From positions 1 through 31,657 of the forward strand of contig JBHLMP010000045.1 of NCBI GenBank assembly GCA_048938025.1: a stretch of DNA of 31,657 nucleotides. The letters run 5' to 3'. The notes under the pieces are model-generated. The model saw only the letters and a list, made by a program, of their open reading frames with translations. It was not told where the DNA came from and ran no database searches. Positions within the stretch are counted from its first letter, which is position 1. Every line of letters begins with the position of its first letter. The stretch comes from Promethearchaeota archaeon (GTDB lineage Archaea; Asgardarchaeota; Lokiarchaeia; Sigyniarchaeales; SOKP01). Both the position numbers and the translations under genes were made by a program. Shown in pieces: positions 1-9,557 of this stretch.

Positions 1-872
1 GAACCTGGTCTCATGGCAATTCCATGGGTTAAAACTACAACATTTTCATACATAATTTCTGGCAATAAATCTTTAGTCCCAACAGACGTTCCTCCAGTAA
101 AGATTACAATATTCGAATCTTTTGCGGAATTATATAAAGTTTCTAATATTTCGTCCTTAATATCCTTTAAAGTTGATTCTTGGATTACAACTCCACCATA
201 AGTCTTAACCAAGCTAGAAATCATGGGAGTGTTGGAATTATAAATTTTATTAGGCTTTAATGGGTTTCCAAGTTCTAGTAATTCATCTCCCGTAGCAAAA
301 ACACTCACTTTAGGACGCGTTCTTACTTTTATTTTGGTAAATCCTGAAGAACTTAATAAAGCAATATGTTCTGCCTTTAATTGAATTCCCCTATTAAGTA
401 ATTTTTTACCTTTTGGAATATCTTCTCCTTTTTTTGAAATATTTTTTCCTGGAGCAAGTGAAGTGAATAACGTTATAATATCCTCTTTTATATCAGTATC
501 TTCAATTTTAATAACGGTATCTGCGCCTTTAGGAATCGCAGCTCCGGTAGAAATTCGTATTGCTTCTCCCTCATCCATTTCTAGGTCAGAAAAACCTCCA
601 ACTTCAATTTTTCCAACTAATTTAACTGTTTTGGGATTTTTAAGTGAAGCTTCAAAAGTATCTGTTGCTTGCAATGCATATCCATCCATTGCAGACCTTT
701 CAAATGGAGGGATATCAATTTTACTAACAATATCCTCAGCTACTATCCTATTTAAAGCAGTTTTTGTTTGAATTTCTTCAATAGCTGTAAATTTAATGTG
801 AGAATCTAATTTCTTAATAGCATCCTCTAATGAGGTTAATTTTGAAAAACCAATCTTTCTCAATCTCTCCAA
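1..872 (-). CDS. moeA: Molybdopterin molybdo/tungsto-transferase MoeA paralog (runs off the left edge; absent from the ORF track)
   Basis: Manual minus-strand translation from TTG at 872: MERLRKIGFSKLTSLED...DIPPFERSAMDGYA...RISTGAAIPKGADTVI...FATGDEL...TGGTSVGTKD...HGIAMRPG, all MoeA motifs. GAGTGA RBS-like site upstream. Confidence 0.93.
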   Translation of the reverse strand, partial: MERLRKIGFSKLTSLEDAIKKLDSHIKFTAIEEIQTKTALNRIVAEDIVSKIDIPPFERSAMDGYALQATDTFEASLKNPKTVKLVGKIEVGGFSDLEMDEGEAIRISTGAAIPKGADTVIKIEDTDIKEDIITLFTSLAPGKNISKKGEDIPKGKKLLNRGIQLKAEHIALLSSSGFTKIKVRTRPKVSVFATGDELLELGNPLKPNKIYNSNTPMISSLVKTYGGVVIQESTLKDIKDEILETLYNSAKDSNIVIFTGGTSVGTKDLLPEIMYENVVVLTHGIAMRPG

Positions 873-877
873 TTAAA

Positions 878-1414
878 TCACTCTTCTTTCTTGATAAGAT
901 AAGTTATATGACCTAACTCTGGAAGAATCAATTTATTAAAAGCTAGTTTCACAGCATTCGGAGAACCAGGTAAAAGAAATATAGTTTTACCTGATAAAGT
1001 ACCGGCAATAGCTCTTGACAACATTGCAGAAGATCCTATCTCCTTAAATGACAAATACCTGAATAACTCTCCAAAACCATCAATCTCTTTTTCTAATAAG
1101 GGTGTAATCGTCTCGTAGGTAATATCTTTAGATGTTAAGCCAGTACCTCCGCTAAATATTACAGCATCAATTGAAGAATCTTTAATTAATTTATTTAATA
1201 TAAATTTAATATGATCCTTGGAATCTGGTATTATTTCAGAAAAATTTAATAAAATTGACGTATTTGCTTCTATAATTTGATTTACTAAAGGAATTGTTTT
1301 ATCAGAACTGGTTTTATTCTTTTGAATTTCATTAAATCGACTTGTACTTACCACAATTAGTGCTATATTTATTTTTTTTGGAGCTTCTTTTTTATGTTCT
1401 TCATGCACTTTCAT
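878..1414 (-). CDS. moaB: Molybdopterin adenylyltransferase, MoaB/MogA family
   Basis: SGGTGLTSKDIT, GFGELFR, SAMLSRA and LPGSPNAV motifs; cluster context. Confidence 0.95.
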   Translation of the reverse strand: MKVHEEHKKEAPKKINIALIVVSTSRFNEIQKNKTSSDKTIPLVNQIIEANTSILLNFSEIIPDSKDHIKFILNKLIKDSSIDAVIFSGGTGLTSKDITYETITPLLEKEIDGFGELFRYLSFKEIGSSAMLSRAIAGTLSGKTIFLLPGSPNAVKLAFNKLILPELGHITYLIKKEE

Positions 1415-1437
1415 AATCTTATTCTCATAACTTTTAA

Positions 1438-2664
1438 CTAAAAGAAATATACCTTTCTCGTATCTCCTACTTCAATAATTGATTCTAACTCTTCAATTTC
1501 AATATACCCATCAGCATTAAATATGGTACTTATTGCCTCTGAACCTGTCTTAATCGGAAAAATCTTTTTAATTCCGTTAATCTCTTTTATCTTAACAGTC
1601 TTAAATTCATGCCTTCCAACAGTACTATATATCCTCTCTCCAACGTCTAATTCTTTTGACTTTCTTTCTTTCAAGGGATATCCTGACGTTCTTCTAAGAA
1701 AGTTTTCTATTAAAACATAAAAACAACTTAAAGCTGATGTGGGATAGCCCGGTAATATAAATAATATCTTTTGACCTAGTTTAGCAAATATTAAAGGCTT
1801 TCCAGGCTTTATCCTAACTCCGTGTACAAGAATATCGACGTTTTGGTAAGTTTCTAGGACTTTTGGACCTAGGTCACCTTCACCTTTAGAAGTTCCTCCT
1901 GAAAGAATTACGATATCACTTTCATTTAAAGCTTTATTAATAATATTTTTGAGGTCTTCAAAATCATCTTTAATAATCCCTAAGAATTTTACATTTGCGC
2001 CTGTATTTTCGATTGCCTTCTTTAATACAATTGAATTTACATCATATATCTTTCCAATCTCAAGTTTTTTCGTCTCTTGAGCTAGGAGTTCATTTCCGGT
2101 ACTGATTAGACTTATAATCGGTTTTCTATACACTGATACTTGCCTTATTCCACATGAGGATAGCAATCCCAATGTAGGTAAATCGATTAAACTGCCTTTT
2201 TTGCAAATAATATCCCCTTTTTTCACATCATGTCCAATATTAATTACGTGAGTCCCTGGAGTAATAGCCTTTGAAATTTTTATGTTATCCCCCTCTCTAT
2301 CTGTAAATTCAACCATAACCACCCCATTAGCATTATCAGGAATGGCGGCACCTGTTGCTACATAAGAACATTCCCCTTTTTCAATTATTTTTAGAGGTCT
2401 ATCACCAGCACTAATTATTTCTATAAGATTAAATGTTATTAAATTATCTTCTTCGGCACCAAAAGTATCTTCAGCAATTACAGCATATCCATCCATTCTT
2501 GACTTTCTAAAATGTGGAACATCAATATTACTTATTATGGCTCTTGAGATAACTCTATTGAATCCTTCTTCAAGAGGTATAATTTCTTCTTCTGAAATTA
2601 TTTTTGGAATTGAATTAAGTAACTTTTTAAATTCTTCCACCTGAATTGCCTTTAAGAATTTCAT
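1438..2664 (-). CDS. moeA: Molybdopterin molybdo/tungsto-transferase MoeA
   Basis: SRMDGYA, ATGAAIP, STGNEL, SGGTSKG, IKPGKP and LPGYPTS motifs. Confidence 0.95.
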   Translation of the reverse strand: MKFLKAIQVEEFKKLLNSIPKIISEEEIIPLEEGFNRVISRAIISNIDVPHFRKSRMDGYAVIAEDTFGAEEDNLITFNLIEIISAGDRPLKIIEKGECSYVATGAAIPDNANGVVMVEFTDREGDNIKISKAITPGTHVINIGHDVKKGDIICKKGSLIDLPTLGLLSSCGIRQVSVYRKPIISLISTGNELLAQETKKLEIGKIYDVNSIVLKKAIENTGANVKFLGIIKDDFEDLKNIINKALNESDIVILSGGTSKGEGDLGPKVLETYQNVDILVHGVRIKPGKPLIFAKLGQKILFILPGYPTSALSCFYVLIENFLRRTSGYPLKERKSKELDVGERIYSTVGRHEFKTVKIKEINGIKKIFPIKTGSEAISTIFNADGYIEIEELESIIEVGDTRKVYFF

Positions 2665-2700
2665 ATTCAGTCCAAAATTTTATCAGTTATCTTAAAATTG

Positions 2701-3144
2701 TTAATGGATCCATTTAGAGGTTCCATCAATAAAATCTTCTCGTTTCCACACTGCTATTTCTTTTTTATACGAATCAACTGCATTTTTTATAGCACCAAAA
2801 CCTTCTTCTCTATGAGAAGATGCCACAACAACGTAAACTAAGTCATCAGAAAGGCTGAAATCACCTTTAAAATGAATAATTTTTACGTCTATAATTCCAT
2901 TTTTTTTCTTTAGTCTTTCACAAATGTCTTCTATAGTTTTATTTGCTAAATCATCAAAAGAATCAATTTTCATGCTTTTAACTTGTTTACCTTCCTTTGA
3001 GCTCTCTCTCACAATTCCAGAAAAAACATGAATAGATCCTACTTTTTTTATTTTAGGATTATTTTTTACTGTTTTAATAATTTCCTCTAAAGTGATTTCT
3101 CCTTTATTATAAATACCAGATCGTAATTCATTAGTCTCATTCAT
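2701..3144 (-). CDS. moaE: Molybdopterin synthase catalytic subunit MoaE
   Basis: GSIHVFSGIVR, HREEGF and K..IAVWKRE..DG..W motifs. Confidence 0.93.
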   Translation of the reverse strand: MNETNELRSGIYNKGEITLEEIIKTVKNNPKIKKVGSIHVFSGIVRESSKEGKQVKSMKIDSFDDLANKTIEDICERLKKKNGIIDVKIIHFKGDFSLSDDLVYVVVASSHREEGFGAIKNAVDSYKKEIAVWKREDFIDGTSKWIH

Positions 3145-3150
3145 AATATC

Positions 3151-3441
3151 TCATCCCCCTGATACTGGTAATAAAAGAGCAATTTTATCTCCTTCATTTA
3201 AAGATGCGGATAAAACATCTTGACCATGGATAGGCTTATTATTTACAATCACTGATATGTTATTACTTAAAGATTTATTCTTTTTATCCAATAATAACTC
3301 TTGCATAGGATCATATTTTTTAATGAGTAAATTAATTAATTCCTTCAAATTTTTGCTTGATAAATCGAATTTTTCAGTATCTTTTTTTGTAATATCCTTA
3401 AATTCTGCAAAATATAGTACTTCTATTAACAAATTATACAC
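3151..3441 (-). CDS. moaD: MoaD/SAMP ubiquitin-like sulfur carrier
   Basis: Beta-grasp pattern LYFAEF...LNEGDKIALLLPVSGG with C-terminal GG; adjacent to moaE. Confidence 0.93.
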   Translation of the reverse strand: MYNLLIEVLYFAEFKDITKKDTEKFDLSSKNLKELINLLIKKYDPMQELLLDKKNKSLSNNISVIVNNKPIHGQDVLSASLNEGDKIALLLPVSGG

Positions 3442-3468
3442 TTTATTTTAAATCAATAAAAATCTTTT

Positions 3469-4389
3469 TTAATAATAAGGTTCTCTTGAATCAACTACCT
3501 CTTTTACAATTGATTCATATTTTGATAATGAATAGTGATTACGCAAAACTTCTTTAACATTTTTCCCAAGATCTGAACGATATAAACACCCAAAAAGGTT
3601 TCCATCACATCCAACTCGCAGCTTAGTACATCCCATACAAAAATCGTGGCTAGGAGAAATAGTCTCAATAACAGCAGAATTAGGCATAATGAATACTTTT
3701 CTATTTTGCATATTTCCTCTAATGATTGTTCTTACTGCTTTAGATTCAAAATCTTCTATAAGAGGTTTAACATCATAATGATGCTTTTCATAGAACTCAC
3801 CATTCCCTCCTAATGTATCAGAAACTTTATGCAATTCAATTAATTGTAAAATAAATCCATTTTTTGCACAGAATTCAATCATGTTTTCTAGTTCATTATC
3901 ATTAATCCCTTTTAAGACAACAAAATTTAATTTTATAGGATTAAATCCAATTTCTTTAGCTTTATTTAACCCTTTAAGAACTTTTTCTAAAGAATTTAAT
4001 CCATATATTCTCTTATATACTTCGGGTTTAAGTGAACCTAATGAAACATTAATTCTATTTAAACCGGCATTAAATAATTCCTCAGCCATTTCATACAAAT
4101 AATATCCATTTGTAGTTAAAGAAATATCTTTATAGATGTTCAAATCCGCTACATTCTTTATAATTTGTACTATCTCTTCTCGACATAAAGGTTCTCCACC
4201 AGTAAATTTAATTCTTGTTACTTTTAAGATTTCGGCTAATATTTTACATAATTTAGTAATTTCTTCTACAGCTAATTCTGATGTTTTTGGAGTAAATCCT
4301 TCTTGATCACAATAAATACAATTAAAGTTACATTTAGAAGTAATTGAAAATCTAATGTGCTTGATTTCTCTATTATTCTTATCTTTCAT
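3469..4389 (-). CDS. moaA: GTP 3',8-cyclase MoaA (radical SAM), archaeal type
   Basis: CNFNCIYC (CxxxCxxC), FTGGEP, second cluster FCMGCTKLR...GCL, and archaeal-type REPYY C-terminus. Confidence 0.95.
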   Translation of the reverse strand: MKDKNNREIKHIRFSITSKCNFNCIYCDQEGFTPKTSELAVEEITKLCKILAEILKVTRIKFTGGEPLCREEIVQIIKNVADLNIYKDISLTTNGYYLYEMAEELFNAGLNRINVSLGSLKPEVYKRIYGLNSLEKVLKGLNKAKEIGFNPIKLNFVVLKGINDNELENMIEFCAKNGFILQLIELHKVSDTLGGNGEFYEKHHYDVKPLIEDFESKAVRTIIRGNMQNRKVFIMPNSAVIETISPSHDFCMGCTKLRVGCDGNLFGCLYRSDLGKNVKEVLRNHYSLSKYESIVKEVVDSREPYY

Positions 4390-4400
4390 TTTAGGTGAAA

Positions 4401-4832
4401 CTACGTTTGTTTAATCTTTTTTTCAACTTTTATTTCAGTAATTAGGGTGGATGGATATTGTCCCTTCTCATCTTTTTCGTACATTTTAACAACATCCCAG
4501 ATATTTAGTAAAGCTGCGCTTACTCCTGTTAAAGCTTCCATTTCAACTCCAGTTTTGGCCATACTCTTTACTACACATGTAACTTTAACGAATGTATTTT
4601 CTTCAAAGTCAAAATCTATATTAACATTGTGTATCGGGATTGGATGGCAAAAGGGAATCAAATCCGGTACTTTTTTAACAGTATTTATAGCAGAGACTTT
4701 TGCTATTGTAAAAACATCTCCTTTTTCAATTTTATTAGTCTTAATTCTGTCTATAGTTTCTTTTTTAAGCTTTATTTTTCCAGACGCCCTAGCAATCCTA
4801 GGAATTGTATCTTTTTTAGATATATCGATCAT
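4401..4832 (-). CDS. moaC: Cyclic pyranopterin monophosphate synthase MoaC
   Basis: MIDISKK, LIPFCHP, TGVEMEAL and IWDVVK motifs. Confidence 0.96.
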   Translation of the reverse strand: MIDISKKDTIPRIARASGKIKLKKETIDRIKTNKIEKGDVFTIAKVSAINTVKKVPDLIPFCHPIPIHNVNIDFDFEENTFVKVTCVVKSMAKTGVEMEALTGVSAALLNIWDVVKMYEKDEKGQYPSTLITEIKVEKKIKQT

Positions 4833-4870
4833 TTTAGTTAAAACTCTTAAAATTTTCGTTTTAGCTTTCT

Positions 4871-4884
4871 ATACATATCGACAA
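4871..4884 (-). promoter_or_regulatory. Candidate operator motif ATACATATCGACAA upstream of moaC
   Basis: Matches 7870-7883, upstream of tupA, at 13 of 14 positions. Confidence 0.45.
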
Positions 4885-4916
4885 TTTATTTAAATTGAAA
4901 TTTCTTAAAAACTTAA

Positions 4917-6008
4917 TCATAATAATTTAACATCTGTTGCTTTAAAATTAATAAATACCTCAGAATTTATTGCTAATTCTAAATTATTTAATGATAGTTT
5001 TGTTATTGTAGCTAAAAATCTTTCAGATTGACAATTAATTATGAGATGACAAATATTTCCAAGATCTCGGATGTCTTCAATATTTCCTTTGAAATTATTG
5101 CGAAAACTAACATTACTAGGAGGATTTTTAGAGATTCCTATACTTTCTGGACGAATACATACTTTTACTTCTCCTTCTACTTGCTCGGAAGCGACAATAG
5201 TTAAATTATTGATTTTGATAATCGTTAATCCTGATTTTAGGTCCATTTCTGCAGTTCCAGATAATATATTTTCATATCCTACAAAAAGGGCAGTAAATTC
5301 ATCTTTCGGTGTTGTAAAAATCTCATTAGGAGTTCCTATTTGAGTTATTCGTCCATTATTAAGTACAGCTATCCGATCTCCGAATTTAATTGCTTCAAGA
5401 GGATCATGAGTACTCATAATAATAGTTTTTTCCTTATCTTGCTTTATTTTGGTAATAAAATCTTCTAATAATTTAATATTCATAGGATCTAAATTGGCTG
5501 AAACCTCATCTAATAGATAAACCTCAGGAGAAAAAACAAAGTTCATAGCTATCGCTACACGTTGCATTTCTCCTCCTGATAATGATCTGGCATTTTTTTT
5601 CTCCAATCCTTTTAAACCAACAAGTTTAATAATATCATTAACCTTGTCAATATATTCCTCCCATTTCATACCACGCGCTCTTAATCCATATGCTATATTA
5701 TTAAACACAGAAGTGTTCCGCACTACAGGTTTTTGTCTCACAAATGAGAATTTTCTTCTATAATTGACCTTTGTTTTTCTTGAAATATTGCTTAAAACTT
5801 CATCATAATATAATATTTGGCCTTCTGTTGGAGGTTCAAGCAAATCTAAAATTCTTAATATAGTTGTTTTACCACTTCCATTTGGACCTATTATCACGAA
5901 ACATTCCCCCTTGTTAATTGAAAAATTGATATTAGAGAGAACTTTAATACTTGATTTGTCTTCTCTATAGAAATCCTTATAGAGATTATTTACTTCAAGC
6001 AAATTCAT
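4917..6008 (-). CDS. tupC: Tungstate ABC transporter ATPase with C-terminal TOBE domains
   Basis: Walker A GPNGSGKT, LSGGEMQR, LLDE, H-loop STHD, and TOBE-type end INFKATDVKL. ATG at 6008 preferred over the ORF-track GTG at 6017. Confidence 0.88.
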   Translation of the reverse strand: MNLLEVNNLYKDFYREDKSSIKVLSNINFSINKGECFVIIGPNGSGKTTILRILDLLEPPTEGQILYYDEVLSNISRKTKVNYRRKFSFVRQKPVVRNTSVFNNIAYGLRARGMKWEEYIDKVNDIIKLVGLKGLEKKNARSLSGGEMQRVAIAMNFVFSPEVYLLDEVSANLDPMNIKLLEDFITKIKQDKEKTIIMSTHDPLEAIKFGDRIAVLNNGRITQIGTPNEIFTTPKDEFTALFVGYENILSGTAEMDLKSGLTIIKINNLTIVASEQVEGEVKVCIRPESIGISKNPPSNVSFRNNFKGNIEDIRDLGNICHLIINCQSERFLATITKLSLNNLELAINSEVFINFKATDVKLL

Positions 6009-6009
6009 G

Positions 6010-6705
6010 TTAACCACCTCTGGCTTGTAATCGTGTTAATCCATAATTTACTATAAAAGCTATTGAAATGAGAAGTATACCTAAAGCAATAGCCATTCCA
6101 AATTCTCCCATTCGAGTGTTAAGTACTATTGATGTGGTAAAAGTACGGGTTTCCCAACGAATATTTCCCCCAACAATCATTACAGCCCCTACTTCTGAAA
6201 TAGCTTGACCAAATGCAACAAGAAAGCCTGCTATTATAGATTTTTTAGAATCTTTAATTAATTCCCACCATAATTGACGTTCATTAGCTCCTAGTGAAAT
6301 GATAGTCTCCTTTAATGTTGGATCTACACTTTCTATTGCTGCCTTTGCAGTACCAGTTATTATAGGAACTGCTAGAAGGAATTGGGCAACAATCATTGCT
6401 GATGTCGAATAAAGTAAGCCTAGTGAACCCAAAGGACCACTTCGAGATAGTAATAAATATACAATTAAACCCATTACCACAGGAGGAAATCCCATAAAAG
6501 TGTTAATCAAATTCGATAGTGTTTTTTTTCCGCGAAACTCACGTAAACCTATAAAAGAACCAATTGGTAAAGCTACTAGTGCGGCAAGAAAAGTTGATGT
6601 TAATGAGACTCTGAATGATACCTCTATTATTCCCCATAATTCGCGATCAAAAGTAAATAACAAACGAATTGCTTCTACTATTCCATCTATAATATCATTC
6701 GACAT
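6010..6705 (-). CDS. tupB: Tungstate ABC transporter permease
   Basis: FMGFPPVVMGL, LSRSGPLG and ISEVGAVMIVGGNI...TR motifs typical of TupB. Confidence 0.92.
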   Translation of the reverse strand: MSNDIIDGIVEAIRLLFTFDRELWGIIEVSFRVSLTSTFLAALVALPIGSFIGLREFRGKKTLSNLINTFMGFPPVVMGLIVYLLLSRSGPLGSLGLLYSTSAMIVAQFLLAVPIITGTAKAAIESVDPTLKETIISLGANERQLWWELIKDSKKSIIAGFLVAFGQAISEVGAVMIVGGNIRWETRTFTTSIVLNTRMGEFGMAIALGILLISIAFIVNYGLTRLQARGG

Positions 6706-6805
6706 ATTAAAACTGAAAAATGTTTCATTTATTTAGTTTGATATGATTAAAAAAAAATTTTAGATTTGGATAATTTATTCGTTTAAAAGTATAATTAAAC
6801 AATAT

Positions 6806-7822
6806 TTATACAGAAAGCCCAGCAAATTCACTGTGAAAAGGTGTCCAAATAGCTATTTCCTCATCAGTAGTTGGACAATCATGTGTTTCATTACAAATTC
6901 CAAAGCAAGCATGGAATAATATAGCATTATTTTTTCTATATGCATCTATTAATGCTTGACCATATGGTGAAGTAATAAAACCAACAAATCGACAGACAGA
7001 AACATACTTGACATGAGAATGTAAAACAGGATTAACAGGTATTACACCATAAGGATTTAATAATAGATCCTCTCCATCAACAGATACAGCCAAAATATTT
7101 AATGTAGTATACGTATCATTAAACGTAAGCCAAGTTCCTCTATCTACTAGCGTATATCCTCTGTTATTGGCATCATTATAGGTAATAAGTAATGTATCTC
7201 CCATGCCAGCACCCACATCTTTATAATAATCCGTACCAGCGGTAGTAGGATCCCATGGAATTATTGCCCATAAACTTAATTCCTTGGAATGGGTTCCTGA
7301 ATTATCTCCTCTTGAATAAAAAGTTGTATTATGACCTTCTGTCATCCCTAATTTCAATTTTGTCATTACTGTAGTTATATTATCTCCAAGTTGTAAATTT
7401 GCGGGATTTGAAGTATGACCTACTATTAGAAAATCATTATACATAACACAAGCACGATGAATTCCATAGGGTATTTGACCTCCACTATCATTTACAAAAG
7501 CATCTTCTCTTGATCTTGAATGAACAAGAATAACATCAGCATCACCACTTTGCCCATAAGCTATTGCTTGACCAGTTCCCACTGACAATACTCTAATTTT
7601 TATACCTGTTTGTTCAGTGAATTTCGGAAGTAAATAATCTAATAATCCCGAATCATATGTAGAAGTTGTTGTTGCTAAAGTAATTCTCTTTGGATTTTGA
7701 GCGTTCAATATATCAATTACAAAATATGTTCCAACTGAACCACCAGCGATAATTATAAATGCTAATAGAATTGCGGTTTTATGCTCCCTTAAGACTTCTT
7801 TAAATGGTTTTTTTATTGACAT
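6806..7822 (-). CDS. tupA: Tungstate-binding protein with N-terminal membrane anchor
   Basis: ATTTSTYDSGLL signature, GTGQA, DVILVH, YNDF and SRGDNSGTH. Confidence 0.93.
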   Translation of the reverse strand: MSIKKPFKEVLREHKTAILLAFIIIAGGSVGTYFVIDILNAQNPKRITLATTTSTYDSGLLDYLLPKFTEQTGIKIRVLSVGTGQAIAYGQSGDADVILVHSRSREDAFVNDSGGQIPYGIHRACVMYNDFLIVGHTSNPANLQLGDNITTVMTKLKLGMTEGHNTTFYSRGDNSGTHSKELSLWAIIPWDPTTAGTDYYKDVGAGMGDTLLITYNDANNRGYTLVDRGTWLTFNDTYTTLNILAVSVDGEDLLLNPYGVIPVNPVLHSHVKYVSVCRFVGFITSPYGQALIDAYRKNNAILFHACFGICNETHDCPTTDEEIAIWTPFHSEFAGLSV

Positions 7823-7852
7823 CTTTTTTCTTTCAGATTTTTTGTTAAAAAA

Positions 7853-7883
7853 TGACGATCGGTTTTGTGATACATATCGTCAA
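7853..7883. promoter_or_regulatory. Inverted repeat TGACGAT-N16-ATCGTCA overlapping the motif shared with moaC
   Basis: Arms at 7853-7859 and 7876-7882, 31-60 bp upstream of the tupA start. Confidence 0.45.
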
Positions 7884-7971
7884 ATTTCAAAATTTTCAAT
7901 CCTTAATAAAGTCTTACTTACAAAAATGAGGATTTAAAAATAAAAAAATAAGATAAAAAAAGGTATGAGGT

Positions 7972-8709
7972 TTAGGACATGGTTACTATTCCTGAATTTT
8001 CATCTAGATTAATTATTCCTTTTATAGCTAGCTGTTTAATAGTTCTTGTTGCCATTATTGGAGGTACATCTAGAATTTTTTTGAGATCATCAAGTTTACA
8101 TGAGCCCTGTTCCATTATTGTTGCGATAATATCAACTTCAGGGATTTCTTCATCAGAATTTTCAATCAAGAATGAAGTAAAGAAACTATTTCTTTTGATT
8201 TCTTTTAATTTTTTATCTAATTCGTCCATTTTTTCTTCAGAAAAGCTAGCTTTTAATTCAGCTTCTCGATTTTCATTATCAATCTTTTTTTGGTCTAGTC
8301 TCATCTTTTCATTTTCTTTCATTGAAACTTTTTCATTTACAGAGTTTAACTTTGCTTTAAGGTTATCCAATTCAAACTGGGGTGTCTTTTTGTCATTAAC
8401 AGCTTTCTCAAGTGTTGTTTTTAATTCTGTTATCTTAGATATTAAATCTTCTTTTTTAACTCGTGGAATTTCAATTTTTTTATCTAATTCATCAGCTTTA
8501 GTTCTTAATTCCATTAATTCTAAATTTTGTTGACGAATAATTTCCTCTAGTTTTTTAATTTCGATCTCCTCTGCTTTTGCATTTTTCCAAATTTCACTTA
8601 GACTCTGAAGAATATCCTTACTATTACTTTCAAAAGTTTGATAGAAGGTATCAAAAGCAGTTTCGAATTGTTCAACTAATCCTAGAAGTTCTTTGATATT
8701 TGAACTCAT
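7972..8709 (-). CDS. Coiled-coil protein with predicted C-terminal winged-helix domain
   Basis: About 170 aa of E/K/L heptad-rich sequence, then EVDIIATIMEQGSCKLDDLKKILDVPPIMATRTIKQLAIKGIINLDENSGIVTM (HTH plus wing pattern). Confidence 0.75.
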   Translation of the reverse strand: MSSNIKELLGLVEQFETAFDTFYQTFESNSKDILQSLSEIWKNAKAEEIEIKKLEEIIRQQNLELMELRTKADELDKKIEIPRVKKEDLISKITELKTTLEKAVNDKKTPQFELDNLKAKLNSVNEKVSMKENEKMRLDQKKIDNENREAELKASFSEEKMDELDKKLKEIKRNSFFTSFLIENSDEEIPEVDIIATIMEQGSCKLDDLKKILDVPPIMATRTIKQLAIKGIINLDENSGIVTMS

Positions 8710-9458
8710 TAAAAATCAACCTCCTCCAACAATTTTACAGTACCCGTTCCTTCGTTGTATTCAATTGGTCCATTCTCCTTTACCATCTTTCTTAGTATGT
8801 TTTTAGCTTGATCTTCTCTCATATCAATAGCGACAATAATATTTCTCAAATCTAAAGTACTACCTTGTTGTAAAGCCCTAATAAACTGATATTGTGCAGA
8901 GCTAATATACCCTTTACCTATTAACCTTTTCATAGCATTAACTCTGTTTTCATAAGATTTTACAAAGTTTTGCTTTTTATAGAAGGTATTTTTAAGATCA
9001 GTTTCAATTGCTTTTAGGCTCTCATCGAACTTATTGAGCTCTTTTGTTAATATATCAATATTATTTTCTAATTCCTTTAGTCGTTGATTACGATTTTCTA
9101 ATTCTTCATTTTTAACCCTAATCTCTTCTTTTGTTGCATTTAATTCATTTTGAGCAGTTTGAATTCGGGCTAATAACTCTTGACGTTCTCTTGTTAGTTC
9201 ATCTACATTTTCTTCCAATCTTAAAGTATCATGTTGTGTCTGGGAAATCTTAGCTTTCAACGTGTTAATTTCATCGTTAATCGACTCAATCTTCTGTTGG
9301 TTTTCTGTTTTAACTTGTTCTAATTTTTCAATTTGCTCTAGTAATTTATTTAATTGATCTTTCAATTTAGGGGTAGATTCTGTATTTGTTCTGCTTAAGT
9401 CATCAATAACATTAACAATTTTTTTGATCTGATTTTTTGAATCAAATAGAAAAGTCAT
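8709..9458 (-). CDS. Coiled-coil protein with predicted C-terminal winged-helix domain, partner of the downstream gene
   Basis: Long heptad region, then QFIRALQQGSTLDLRNIIVAIDMREDQAKNILRKMVKENGPIEYNEGTGTVKL. TAATG stop/start overlap; GAGGAG RBS upstream. Confidence 0.75.
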   Translation of the reverse strand: MTFLFDSKNQIKKIVNVIDDLSRTNTESTPKLKDQLNKLLEQIEKLEQVKTENQQKIESINDEINTLKAKISQTQHDTLRLEENVDELTRERQELLARIQTAQNELNATKEEIRVKNEELENRNQRLKELENNIDILTKELNKFDESLKAIETDLKNTFYKKQNFVKSYENRVNAMKRLIGKGYISSAQYQFIRALQQGSTLDLRNIIVAIDMREDQAKNILRKMVKENGPIEYNEGTGTVKLLEEVDF

Positions 9459-9557
9459 GGTAATACTCCTCTTAAATTATTAAAAGGGTAAAACAGATTA
9501 TATAAATATTATAGGCTACTTATTTTTAAACTTGTATATTTGTAATTTATAATTGTA

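Noticed and set aside
13-771. Plus-strand ORFs 13-201 and 463-771
   Set aside because: Antisense shadows of the partial moeA on the minus strand.
7972-9458. SMC/Rad50 or ESCRT-III assignment for the coiled-coil pair
   Set aside because: No Walker motifs, hinge or zinc hook, and no recognisable Snf7 pattern.
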